DNA from: Mobula birostris
Lineage: Eukaryota
Reading direction: 5' to 3'
NCBI RefSeq assembly: GCF_030028105.1
Contig: NC_092379.1
Span: 24,297,821 to 24,361,820 of the forward strand
DNA length: 64,000 nucleotides
Shown here piece after piece: positions 11,150-22,030 of the stretch (position 1 is the stretch's first letter; the number at the start of each line of letters is the position of its first letter). The position numbers were made by a program, and so were the translations under genes. The notes below the pieces were generated by a model. It saw only the letters and a program-made list of their open reading frames with translations, did not search any database and had not been told where the DNA came from.

Positions 11150-13140
11150 GGAAACGATTTCAAGTGCATGGTACCTTGGTGCTAAAGAGATAATGAGGCA
11201 CAAGCTAAGGGAGAAAAGGAAATGTACACAGCTATAGGCTAGTAGGAACAAATGAAGTGTTTATACACTATAAGAAATACAAGAGAACGTTTAGAAAAGA
11301 AGTGAGAAGGCTGAACGATGTCGCGAAGGAGCTCTGGAAGACAGAGTAAAGGGAAATTATAAGGGATTCAACGCATATGTTTGCAGCAAAAGGATTGGAT
11401 GGAGCAAAATCTGTCTTCCTTGACCACCAGAAGGCTAATTCACTTGTGTGGAGCCAAAACACAGAGGGTAGGTCAGAAATGAAGTCTTCGCATCTGTATT
11501 TACTCAGAAGACTGGTCAGGGACTATAGAAGTGAAGAATAGGGGCATCAAATTCATGAACCTGTGCAGATTACAGAGGAGGACGTAACTGGAAACCTGAG
11601 GCTATTTAGGATCCATAAATCCCTAAGATGCTCCCTCGGAGCCTAAGGAAGTCAAGCATAGAAACTGCCGGGGCACTTGTAGAGATATTTTAATAATCCT
11701 TAGAGACAGTGTGGGTACCAGAGGATTGAAGAGTAAGTAACATTGTTCTGCTTTTGAAAAAGGCTCTAAACATAAATGAGAAAATTATAGCCCGGTGAGT
11801 CTGATATCGGTTGTGGAAAAGTTACTGGAAGGTATTTCATGGTATCGGATAAGTAAATCATTTAATAGACGAGGATTAATTGACAATAGTCAGCTGGGTT
11901 TGCGCGTTGTAGATTATGTCCAACCAATCTTATGGAACTTTTCCAGGATGTTACCAGGGAAGTAGATGAGGGCAGGCAGTGTACGTTATCTACAAGGACT
12001 GTAGTCAGGCATTTGAAAAGGACCCTCGTGGGCCCCTGCTCAAGAAGGTTAGGCCCTCGGCATTCAGAATGAGGAATAAATTAAATTATGCACTGGCTGT
12101 GGGAGAATCCAGAAACAGATAGTAGAGGATTGATTCTCTGACTGGAGGCCTGTGACTGTGCCACTGCGATCGGCGCTGGATGATTTGTTGTTTGTCATCT
12201 ATTACAATCATCTGGATAATTGTATGGGTACTGGATCAGCACATATACAAATGCCACCTGGATTTCGGGTGTAGTGGTCAGTGAGAAAGGCCATCGTGGT
12301 TTGCAGGGAGATCTGAATCTGTTGAACAATGGGCTGAAAACTGAAAGGTTCAACTTAATGCAGACATGTGTGATGTTTCGGACTTCGGTTAGACCACTCC
12401 CCGCAGGTCTTACACAGTGAGCAGTGTGGTGGAACAACAGATCTGGGCGTATATGTCCATAATCAGTAGACAGTGACGTCACATGTACACAGAGTCGGAA
12501 AGAAAACATTTGGTACATTGATCTTCACAGAACAATTTATTGAGTACAGTTGATGGGATGGTGCACTGAAGTTGTATAACACGTTGTTGAGGCCTGCTTT
12601 GCAGCATAGTGTGCAGATTTGGCGACCTACCTAGAGGGAAGATGTAAACAAGGTTGGAAGAGTGCAATGAAAATTTAGAAGGCTATTTCAGGAACTGGTG
12701 AAACAGGGATACACGGGAAGGTTGATTAGGACTGTATTCCTTAGAACGGAGAAAATTGAGAGGATATTTGATAGACGTACACAAAATTGCAAGTGTTATA
12801 GGTAGTGTAATTGCAAGTAGGCGTTTTCTACTTAAGTTTGGTGGGACTACAAACAGAGGTCATCGGTTAAGGGTGAACAGTGATGTTTAAAGAACATGAG
12901 GGGAAATGAGTTCATTCAGAGGGTTCTGAGATTCTGGAATGGGTTGCCATCACACGACGTGCATGCAATGCCGATTTTAATGTTTAAGAGAAGTTTGGAT
13001 AGGTGCTTGGATAACATTGGTACGGAGAGCTATGGCTGTGGTAAATGCCAACTGGAATAGGCAGTCTATAGAGTTTCGCCATGGGCGTCCAGATAGGCCT
13101 GTGTATGCGCTGTGCTTCTATATGATTCCATGACTCTAAT
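11150..13140 (+). mobile_element. Degenerate CR1 LINE ORF2 3' part
   Basis: Decayed CR1 RT motifs (ggatccataaatcc, agcccggtgagtctgatatcggttgtggaaaagttactggaagg, tttaagagaagtttggatagg), ending in a ctatatgattccatgactct tail. Confidence 0.75.
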
Positions 13141-13799
13141 CTAGTTACTACATAATTAAGGTAATACATTGATACCGAATTCACGGCATTTCGCTCAACG
13201 ATTCCTTAGCGGAGTTAAGAGCTTCATGTTCTGTAAAGCAGTCTCCTATTAAATCTATATCCTAATCTGAATACCATCCCCTTTCTGCCCTGTATGTGAT
13301 TACATGGATCACCTCCGACAGCACTTGTTTTTTCTTTTTCGTTTTTTTTTTTCATCCACAGCATGTGGCTACGAATTCCACACAATCAGTTATTTCGGGT
13401 ATAGAACGTTTCGCGGAACGGCCTAAGGAGATTGCGGATGGCAATCCCATACTTTGGGTAAAGTAAACCCTATATATTGGGAACACTCCGTCAGACACTC
13501 ACAAACTGCAGAGAGCGAAGATGCTTATATTTCAGATCTGAGGGAGCGTCTTCGACCCGAAACTGGTCTCCGTTCCGTATGTACTGATATTTCTATTTTA
13601 AATGCTGATTTACAAGAGCTGCAGATTGATTATCATATCAAGGTTAGGATATCCAGATTTGTGCTTTGCGTAGGGCAAACGCTGTCCACGACTATTTTGT
13701 CAGACGCAGAGATTTTTCGAACTTCCTTTGTCATATCATATTCCAGTCTATTAAAAAAATACTTTCTCCTCCCTCCCCCCATCCGATACCTGTGACCTT

Positions 13800-14330
13800 T
13801 GGTGTTGGCAAAGTTCGAATGAGTTACAATCGTATTGTCACCAGTCTAAAGAGCAAACCCATCATGACTATTTAGCTCATGCAGTGTCCTTATAGGAAAT
13901 TGCGAATGCCGTTGGCCTGCTTCCTGCTCGTATCAATGAAAATGTTTTTCATAAACAACTCATAGATCTTCTCTTGTTAAAGCATAATTTCGCGCCATTC
14001 CACCAAACTCATAGATTGTGAGCGCCTATATATTTCTCCTTCCGCGTGAAATAGTGACGACTCAAGTCGACCGTACGTCATTTCCATACCCTAAAGTCAC
14101 TGTGCTCCTCACAAGACTTTGGCTATCACTTAGCCACAACCCTGGTCTACGTTCCATATCATCATAGCAGATCTCTGGGGGGCTACTGTCTCTTCTAATA
14201 ACGATGGTTTAGTCCGTAGATTCGATGAGAACTTGTAGACAACTGCAAACCGCTTCCCCAACTGATACCTTCTGTAACTGACTCGTTTCACAATATCATC
14301 AATCCACTCCTCCCACTTTCTAGGATTAAT
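13800..14330 (-). pseudogene. Putative decayed SNAD-like (secreted AID/APOBEC-like deaminase) reading frame
   Basis: Pieced across frames: WIDDIVKRVSYRRYQLGKRFAVVYKF ... LFHAEGEI (HAE at 14040-14048) ... KLCFNK ... RPTAFAISY ... QYDCNSFELCQ. Motif order and spacing match my recollection of SNAD proteins. Multiple stops and frameshifts; no intact PCxxC. Confidence 0.35.
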
Positions 14331-14989
14331 TGATATTATGTAGGAGTGACCAGTTCAGTGTAACCCTTAAATTCGACTTGCGGCTTAATCTAGGGATAGA
14401 CAGACTCCGGCCCGGTCAAACTAAAGAAGTTTTGTTTGGGTGGATGCTGCGTTGTGTGTTTCCCTGTTACAAATATGTACCTCGAAATACCGAACAGTAC
14501 ACAATATGCAATTAAACGGTTGGGCTTTATAATTCTTAATTTGACTGTCGGGTTAGTAGAGAATAATGTAATATAGCCCATTCTCATGAAAAAGTATATT
14601 TTGCAACGTTCAAACTCAGGTTTTCCCGTCGGTTCACTCTCCCTCGATTTTTTATTTCCCAAGGCGTCGACGCCTGACCCCATTCCAAGTACACTATGTC
14701 CTGTTGAGAGACTGACGGATGCCTGAGCAGAGACTTCTCTGCTCAGGCATCTTCTCTCTCCATCTTCCGCCGAACAAAAGACCGCGAATGCCTCTCGCTC
14801 CACACAGGAAATAAACAACATGCCTCTCATTGGATGGCACAAATTCCAAAGCTCCCGTGAGCTTTAGTTATAACCCAGACATTGCTGTTACAGAGAAACC
14901 GTTACATAAGTAGTGAAATATTACAGAGAACTATTACATAAGCAGAGAAACCTTACAGCATGTTACATAAGTTTCACACCTGCACCTTT

Positions 14990-15690
14990 GGGATACGCGA
15001 GGAGAGAGCAGAGGGAAGAACTAGCCTGTCTCCACGTGCCCTTGTGGTGAAGGAGAAATTGCTTAGCCGCCGGAATTACCAAGCCAATATCTTGATTGAG
15101 AAGAACGCTGGCTGCAATTCCTTTCATCATTCAGAAAGGTGCTCACAAGCGACTATCCAAACGGAAGTTATTCTCGGCAGTGTCTGCCAAATCATTTGGG
15201 AGCTGCCGGCGGTGGAGTTTTCAGTGACAAAACAGTGCGTGGTTATCTCCACCTCAGTTTTCACTCTCTGAGATTAGTAGTTAGATTGGAAGTTGAAATC
15301 TTATAATAGGCTGGCTGTGGCAATCACAAGAGAAGAGAAAGCCTTCCAAAATCCACACATAAAGTGGTTCTCGATAAGATACTATGTCCCGAGTGAAGCA
15401 ATGCAGATTAGAAAAAAAAAATATGCTGAACCATTAGCACGGCAGTTTCTTGAGCTGTTGGGAGCTTGGGGAGATTAAAGAAGTGGGCTGCTTTCGTTAT
15501 CCGGTCTACAGCTAACAGAATAGTATTGTTTCCATATGACAGAGGCATACCCGTGACAAAATCTGCCGAGACATGCCAAAAGGGACAGTGGGGAACAGGC
15601 AGCTGGCTGAATCGATCAGCAGGGCGCTGACAGTCTGCGACTAAGTTATGAGCATTATGAGACATAGACAGACGCCTGTTAGGCCGACTC
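14990..15690 (-). mobile_element. Gypsy/Ty3 LTR retrotransposon integrase fragment
   Basis: QLPVPHCPFWHVSADFVTGMPLSYGNNTILLAVDRITKAAHFFNLPKLPTAQETA is a typical Gypsy rve core. Confidence 0.85.
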
Positions 15691-16169
15691 TTGCTGACCT
15701 CTCACAGCATCCAATGCATTCAACTCCGGAGTCCGTGCAACTAATAGGATCCACCTGCTGCGCGATGTATATTCATCATCTTCAGCCAAATTAACTTCCG
15801 TTCTTTCTCACGGTCCTTGTTCTCGGATCGATATAGCCGGCCACAACCAGTTGCTCCTCGCTTTACTTCTTCCTGACTAAAGTTTACACTGTTGCTGGTT
15901 TTGTTGAGTTTGGGCTCTCTTGTTTTGTGACCACTCTTGTTTCCTTATTTGCGCATTTATTACTAAAGTTAACGATTATCGCTAAACCTTTCCCACTGCT
16001 CTGCTTTTGGGTCAGACCTCCTTTACATGTCCCGATACGATCTTTGAAAATTGGTTGAACAAGCAAAGTATGATGATCTAACTGAAAACCTCTGCTGACA
16101 TGAGCACACGTTCCAGAAGCAGTAGGAAACCTCTGACCATCTGTACGCCTCTCTCATCCTACTCTCCAC

Positions 16170-16400
16170 TTCAGTGCAGCAAATTTGCGCCAGTCAACCT
16201 CCTCCACTTGAGCCCCGGATTCCCCTGTCCGAATGCTTCGATGGACCTCTAACACGATGCAACAACTTCCTGAACGAGTGCCTCGTATACTTCGACCACC
16301 TGCCGTCTCCGTATTGCACGCGCCGGACCACGTCGCCTACGTCGTCTCTCGACTAACTGGGTGAGCTCTGATGTGGGCCTTTGCTAAATGGGACAGCTAA
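16170..16400 (+). mobile_element. Gypsy gag fragment (sushi/PEG10-like)
   Basis: EPRIPLSECFDGPLTRCNNFLNECLVYFDHLPS resembles the gag motif EPR.P.PE.YDG....CRGFL.QC...F...PS. Confidence 0.65.
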
Positions 16401-19400
16401 TGCACCATTTGCGATCGAGAGATGAATCGTCTACCCGCAACTTATCCACTGCCCTCGCAAACTTCATCACTCTTGCTCTCTGAATTTTCGGTTTTCCTAT
16501 GGAACGCCCGCCACATCAGCCGTAATACCCACATTTCCGTTCCTAGAGCAATTTCAGGTTTCAGGATCATAATCGCTAACGCCTCTAGAGCTCAGGTAGT
16601 TCCAGAAAACTTTAATAATACTGAGAGAGTAGGTGAAGATAGGTGGTAATCAGATAAGGAGGAGGTTCGAAATATTACCTCCTGCGTCACTACAGCTGCC
16701 CGGATATCTCTTCGAATAGCCTGATTTATTAGGTTATGCACGCTGTCGAATTCATCGCGCACTGCAATATCATGTTGGACTCCTGTGCTTAATCCACTCT
16801 GGAATGCAGTGATGAGAGATCTCTCATTTCACCCGGTTTCAACTGCAAGTGTGCAGACATTTCCGGCGTCATTCTCACTGTACCTCTCCCATGACGCAGG
16901 TCCAGGTGTCGGTGGTAGTCGCCCCCTTACTGGAAAGTCAAACAGTCTCTTGTTCTTCAAAAAAAAATATCGGAAATACTGTGTTGTATAAGAAGCTTGT
17001 TTTCGTAAAGCGCGGGACAGGATTTTCGTTCCTAGCCAGAGATTCATCATGTAAGCCCGTCACAGTGCATTATCACTGGACAGACCTCTCTGGTCACATT
17101 GGAAAGTCAGCTGAAATTGGTTAATAAAACTTCTGCAGCCTTCTGGATCAACGAAGAATCTGCCTGATGTAGGATTGTTTGGTTCAGCCCCAGAAGCAGT
17201 AAGGAAATCAGGGCATCAGTGCCTAAGGCAGATGAGACTGCAATAAGGGAAGGGATGGGGGTGCTGGTGCTGGAAGCGGGATTTTCCTGCTCAATAAATG
17301 CTATAAATTGGCAGTAATAACCAGCTTAAACTGGCTTGATACTTTGAGATTAAGTACCAACCCAACCTCCATTGATTTTACCTTCTCTCATACATGACCA
17401 AGTGTGGCGCGAGGCCAAGTAGTTAGGGCATTGGGCTCACCCATAGCCAGGGCAGCATGTGTGTCCGTGAGCAAGGCAATTATACGCACAATGCTCCTGT
17501 CTACACAGCTGAAAAATGCTGGGGGTCAATGTCCCGATAGAGAACTGACATCCTATCCGGGAGTTGGGGGCGGGGGGTAGTCTCGTACTCTCAGTCGCAT
17601 CACGCCGCAGAAACCAGCATAAGCACCGGCCTGATGAGCCACACAAAGGCTCAGGACAGGACTTTGACTTTGACATACATACCCAAGGAATTTCAGAACC
17701 AATTGCCTCTGTTCTCTAATGTTGTGGTCAAGTCCTGCTGACAAATGTTCAATGATGGCCCAAGTGCAAAGACAGAGACACAAACATACAGTCAACACTT
17801 TCTTGAGCATTGTTTGGAACTGTACAGAACAGAGAAATAATAAACACCAGACCGATAGGGCCGATGACCAAAACGAAGAAAATCGCTGCGGCTCTAGTTC
17901 AGAAACCTAGAGCAAATTCAATACCGTACGCTCGCAATGCATGACTAATCACTAATCCTCTTTTCCTAAAGATGGAACAAGACAAGTAAAGAGTCTTATC
18001 TCTGCTTCGAACAAGACATGACAAGACGTAAACAAAACGAAGGGGAGTTAAATACATTTCCAAATAAACCGTAATTCTGACATGTCGCCTTCTTTCAGAC
18101 GCCCAGCTGCGAGGGAAGCAAGTTAGTTTTTGTTTTAAATAGTGCAAAGGAATAGATGGATCTCTCACACGGCGAGGTTGTCTGTGGTTAGTGATGTTTT
18201 CCTCGTTAGTAAAATAATATCTGGGAATCTACTACTCCAATAAAGTATGTAATTTCCTTGCGTTTCTTTATGTTTCTTGGATTGCCTCAATTTTGCTTCC
18301 ATTGCTAACTGGCATTCCTTTGTGCTTCTCTCCACTCTCGCCCGCACACTGAAAACTAACAAAAGGCAGCAACTTGCATGCTGGATAGCAGTCTCCTGAA
18401 ACGGAATCTATAGATAGATACAGCAAGAAAACAGGCCCTTTTTTCCACATTGAGTCTGCATCGACCAACCCTAACCATTGACAGTTTGGTTTCACTATCT
18501 CCACGTGTTGTTCTCCCCGTAATCCTGCCCAACACTGCATCACAGATCTTGTCCCTCACTCAAAAACTAGCGTCAACTAATATTGTCCATTTAAGTTATC
18601 AAACCGCTGTTTTATGTGACACGAGAGAAGGCAGGACCACTGAGGAAGCTTCCTGCGCACTGAGGAAACTCTTTCGGATGCAAGTAGATGTGCAAAAAAA
18701 AAAACATCGATAACCCCTCATTATCAGAATCAGACTTAAATTTATTAGCATCGGCATCTGTCGCGAAATTTGTTAAGTCAACAGCAGCGGTTCAATGTAT
18801 ATTATGGAAAACAAAATATATAAGTATCCACATTAATTAGAGTGTACGTATTTTGAACACATTACAATTGTGCAATAAACAGAAATAATATATATTTTAA
18901 AAAAGTCTGTTCCTGTTCATCTGAGGACAGGATTCATTTGGATACCTGGAGTTGTGACGAAGCATCTCTAAATTTTGTTTCATTATGTTCTATACAATAC
19001 TCCGAACTCTGCCAATGTGAAAAAAAAAACAAAAAAAAACACCGATTATCAGACAGTGGGAGCAGGCATATAAGAAAGCTTAATACTAGTTTGATCCAGA
19101 CCCTTACACTCCCTATATAGCACCACACCCCCCACCAAATGGCTCTGCAAACCATAATGCAAATTTTAATTATGCACCTGCATTCAATCGGTATGTTTTC
19201 CTCATATCTCCTCCTGTTTACGTGCAATTCATGATGCAAGTATATACTCAAGATCCACTTGAAGGAGTGCAGCCACCCTTCTGACGCCTGACAGCTTTCC
19301 TGCGATGTCATTTAAAGGTGGAGGAAGAATATTCGTGCTTCTAGTGATTCTATGCATTGGAGCATGGATAGCTCTTGCTTTATTTTCCTATTACGGACCT

Positions 19401-20576
19401 GTATCTTGATGTGGAATTATTTGCTGTTCCTACACAGTCATTTTCAGTCTAATAAGATGCTCAGAGCTGACTAAGAGAAAGGTCTAAAGTAATGGACAAC
19501 AAACATTTAAATTATATCTCCTATGGAAAATACATGTTCATAAATCATTTCAAAGAATTATTCTTACAGTTAACACAGTTACCGATGTATTCTGGTGATA
19601 TTAATTCTATTCTGATTTTGATTCTGAATGCAGTGTAGACTGAATTAGATTGTGTAATTTCCATATATAATGGAATGCAATACAATTCCGTCTTGGTATT
19701 ACGCTCATAGTGTAACCAATCCTCATGTTAATAATACAGCTTAATAGCAATAATAAAAACTAATAACGAATTGCACAAAATGGAATGGTGCAACAACTGT
19801 AGTGCAATAGCAAGGTTGTGCAAAGATTGTAAGAGTACAATATAAAAAGGCGACCCATCTGATATTATTAGAGTATTGCAGGATAAGAAGGAGCTAGTCA
19901 ACAAGCAGTCAATATTCTTGTAACAACATGCTCTAAGCAGATCTGTCTGAGAATCGAAGAATCGGAAATTAAAGCAAACATAAATGCTGCAAGTTTATGG
20001 GCGAAGGACGACCATGAGCTCTGTAATCTGTAACAAGGAAAGCAAACGGGTTGACTGCTGCATTATTTGAGGTCTACAAAATAAAGTCCTTTTTTTTTTC
20101 AGATTCATTGAACGAATGCTGGCTTCGTAGCTGAGCCAGCAATAAATTGCTCACCGTTCCTTGATCTTGATAAGATGTCGGCCTGCTTCCTTCTTGAACA
20201 AGACAGTCTTAATTGTATGGTAATGTGCATCATGCTGATATCGAGAGAGTTCCAACAGGAAGAACATTTTACGAGGTCGGGAATCTGAAGGGTTACGAAG
20301 AGGCTCAATTTTCAAATGGTTCTGGTTCCCCATACTTTTGTTGCCCTTGTCCCTATGGTTGGGGGAGGCATTCGGTTTTGAATGTGCTGTCTAACGAGAC
20401 TTGGTGACTTGCTGCAGTTCATTTTATCCATGTAGCAAACTGCTGGACTAGGCCAGTGGTGACGGAGTCAACAGGGGACATCTATGTAGGGCGATCGCGT
20501 TAAAATGTAGGTTCAGTCTGATACGATGTTAACTACCCGCCTCTGGTGGTCCCCCTAGCGATTTCCAGTGCATGGA

Positions 20577-20614
20577 GGTTTTTCACCAGATCAGCCGTCT
20601 GGTACTTGACTGTG
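20577..20614 (-). other. 22-spacer RSS of V2
   Basis: CACAGTC + 22 nt + TGAAAAACC after the YYCAAST codons. Confidence 0.8.
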
Positions 20615-20916
20615 TGTGCTTGCTGCGCAATAATACACAGCAGCGTCCTCCACTCCAATGAGATTTATTTGCAAGTAAACGTTATTTCCATATGCGCTAG
20701 TCTTCAGTCGGTCCTGAAGTTCAGGAGCATAGTTTATACGAGAAGAGCCGTAGTATCTCAGCAACCATTCCATACCATTTCCTGAAAGGTGCCGATACCA
20801 GTACACGACATAGTCATCAATCGACCCTCCCGTCATTTCACAAGAGAGGCGCTGGATGCCTCTAAGCTCTGCAGAAGCAGAATTGCGCTGTGTCAGCACG
20901 AGGTCAGTTCTGGCTT
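20615..20916 (-). CDS. Ig/TCR V exon (V2), TAILV-like, open frame, leader not found
   Basis: ARTDLVLTQRNSASAELRGIQRLSCEMTGGSIDDYVVYWYRHLSGNGMEWLLRYYGSSRINYAPELQDRLKTSAYGNNVYLQINLIGVEDAAVYYCAAS. Phase-1 acceptor ttctctttttctttaatag. It combines a TCR-like WYR with an IgH-like EWLL..YAP..Q.R. Confidence 0.88.
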
Positions 20917-21089
20917 CTATTAAAGAAAAAGAGAGAAACATAAAGATATAATTTCTGTCATTTATCATAACCTGATTATCCATAGACGATCTGTAACGGC
21001 CCCGTAGCTGGGGAAGAGAGGGGGTGTTATCTGTTTCTGGGGACGATGGTTTTGCCCGTACTCAGTCTGGGTATATGTCAATATTGGTC

Positions 21090-21420
21090 TTCTCCGTGGA
21101 TTGTCACCTTGCCGTGGTGGAGAAGCTTGTGTGGTCCTGGTAGGGTCATCCACGGCGGTAAGGTCGAGGGTGAAGTCCCTGACAAAGAACAAGCCAACCA
21201 AGGTCTCAACGGTAGAACAGATGGACGAAGTTACTTCGAGCTCAACGGCTGTGATGGCGGATAAAGTCTGCAACAAATCTATCAGCTCCAATCGTCGTGT
21301 GTTGCATGCCATTGGTTGATTGTGAAGAATCCTCTGCTGCTTGGAGTGCAATATCAAGTACACGTTAAACAAATTCACGCACCGGCGTCTTCGCTCTATG
21401 GGCCACTTCTTCAGCAGGAA
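21090..21420 (+). mobile_element. RTE-clade LINE 5' fragment
   Basis: ggtagggtcatccacggcggtaaggtcgagggtgaagtccctgacaaaga..ccaaccaaggtctcaacggt resembles RTE 5' regions. Related pieces occur at ~5180 and ~9985. Confidence 0.5.
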
Positions 21421-21717
21421 GTCCATCATCACCGACATCGAGGGATAGCCACGACGACAAAATATTGCTCTATAACTATGTGGCAGCTAATACCCATGAT
21501 CAAGTCCTGGTTCAATTTCAATGAGACATGAAGAATAAACATTAATCTTGCCGTCCTGTGAACGAGTTGAACGAAATACATAGAAATATTAACTGATTTT
21601 CTTTGCATTGATTCTGACTGTACTAATGTCAATGCTCAACTTCCATGTTTTTATTTTAAATTTCAAATTTTAAGTCCCTGCAGAATCTTTGTTTCTGTTA
21701 TTCATCTACTTTTCACA

Positions 21718-22030
21718 GGGCTAAACGGCATGGGATCAGATAGGCTATTCCCAAGCCCTGCGTTATGATCCTTCCACAGTACCTTTCCATAGGGTACATC
21801 CATCATATGTAATCGAATCACAAACATTTTAACCGCAGATATGGTACCTCTGAAATTTCCAGCGTTTTCGTCTGTCGAAACGTGATGGATCTCAAAAACA
21901 AAAGGCTTCTCACTCTGCAGCCACTCTCTGATCGACTGCGTGTTTCCAGAATTTTCAGTTTTATTCACTGTTCTCTTTAAGCTGGGTGGATGCACAGCCG
22001 TGCAGTAGCTGAAATGCTCCCGCGCACATA
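21718..22030 (+). pseudogene. Possible highly decayed V exon
   Basis: Strong acceptor ctacttttcacag and a ~295-nt span to a TAV-like end (acagccgtgcagtagctg), with QPLSDRLRVSR in FR3 position. Many stops; no good RSS. Confidence 0.25.

Noticed and set aside
13361-13795. Plus-strand exon-like pieces (HVATNSTQSVISG..., DLRERLRPETG...) and a 113-aa ORF
   Set aside because: Splice phases do not join consistently and no family was recognised.
14718-14751. Perfect 15-bp inverted repeat gatgcctgagcagag/ctctgctcaggcatc
   Set aside because: Isolated hairpin with no associated element or context.
17061-17100. CACAGTG heptamer after a plus-strand ORF
   Set aside because: No YYC motif before it and no nonamer at 12 or 23 spacing.
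17290-17350. Minus-strand SIKPV*AGYYCQ resembling a light-chain V end
   Set aside because: Only ~15 codons, contains stops, no upstream V framework and no RSS.
17899-18543. Minus-strand peptides GNYILYW, RSRDKTLYLS and KKGPVFLLY, reminiscent of V frameworks
   Set aside because: Wrong order and spacing, no conserved Cys, no RSS.
20971-21010. YGAVT peptide resembling an IgNAR-type J (YGAGT) upstream of V2
   Set aside because: No RSS, wrong splice phase and only a 54-nt intron to V2.
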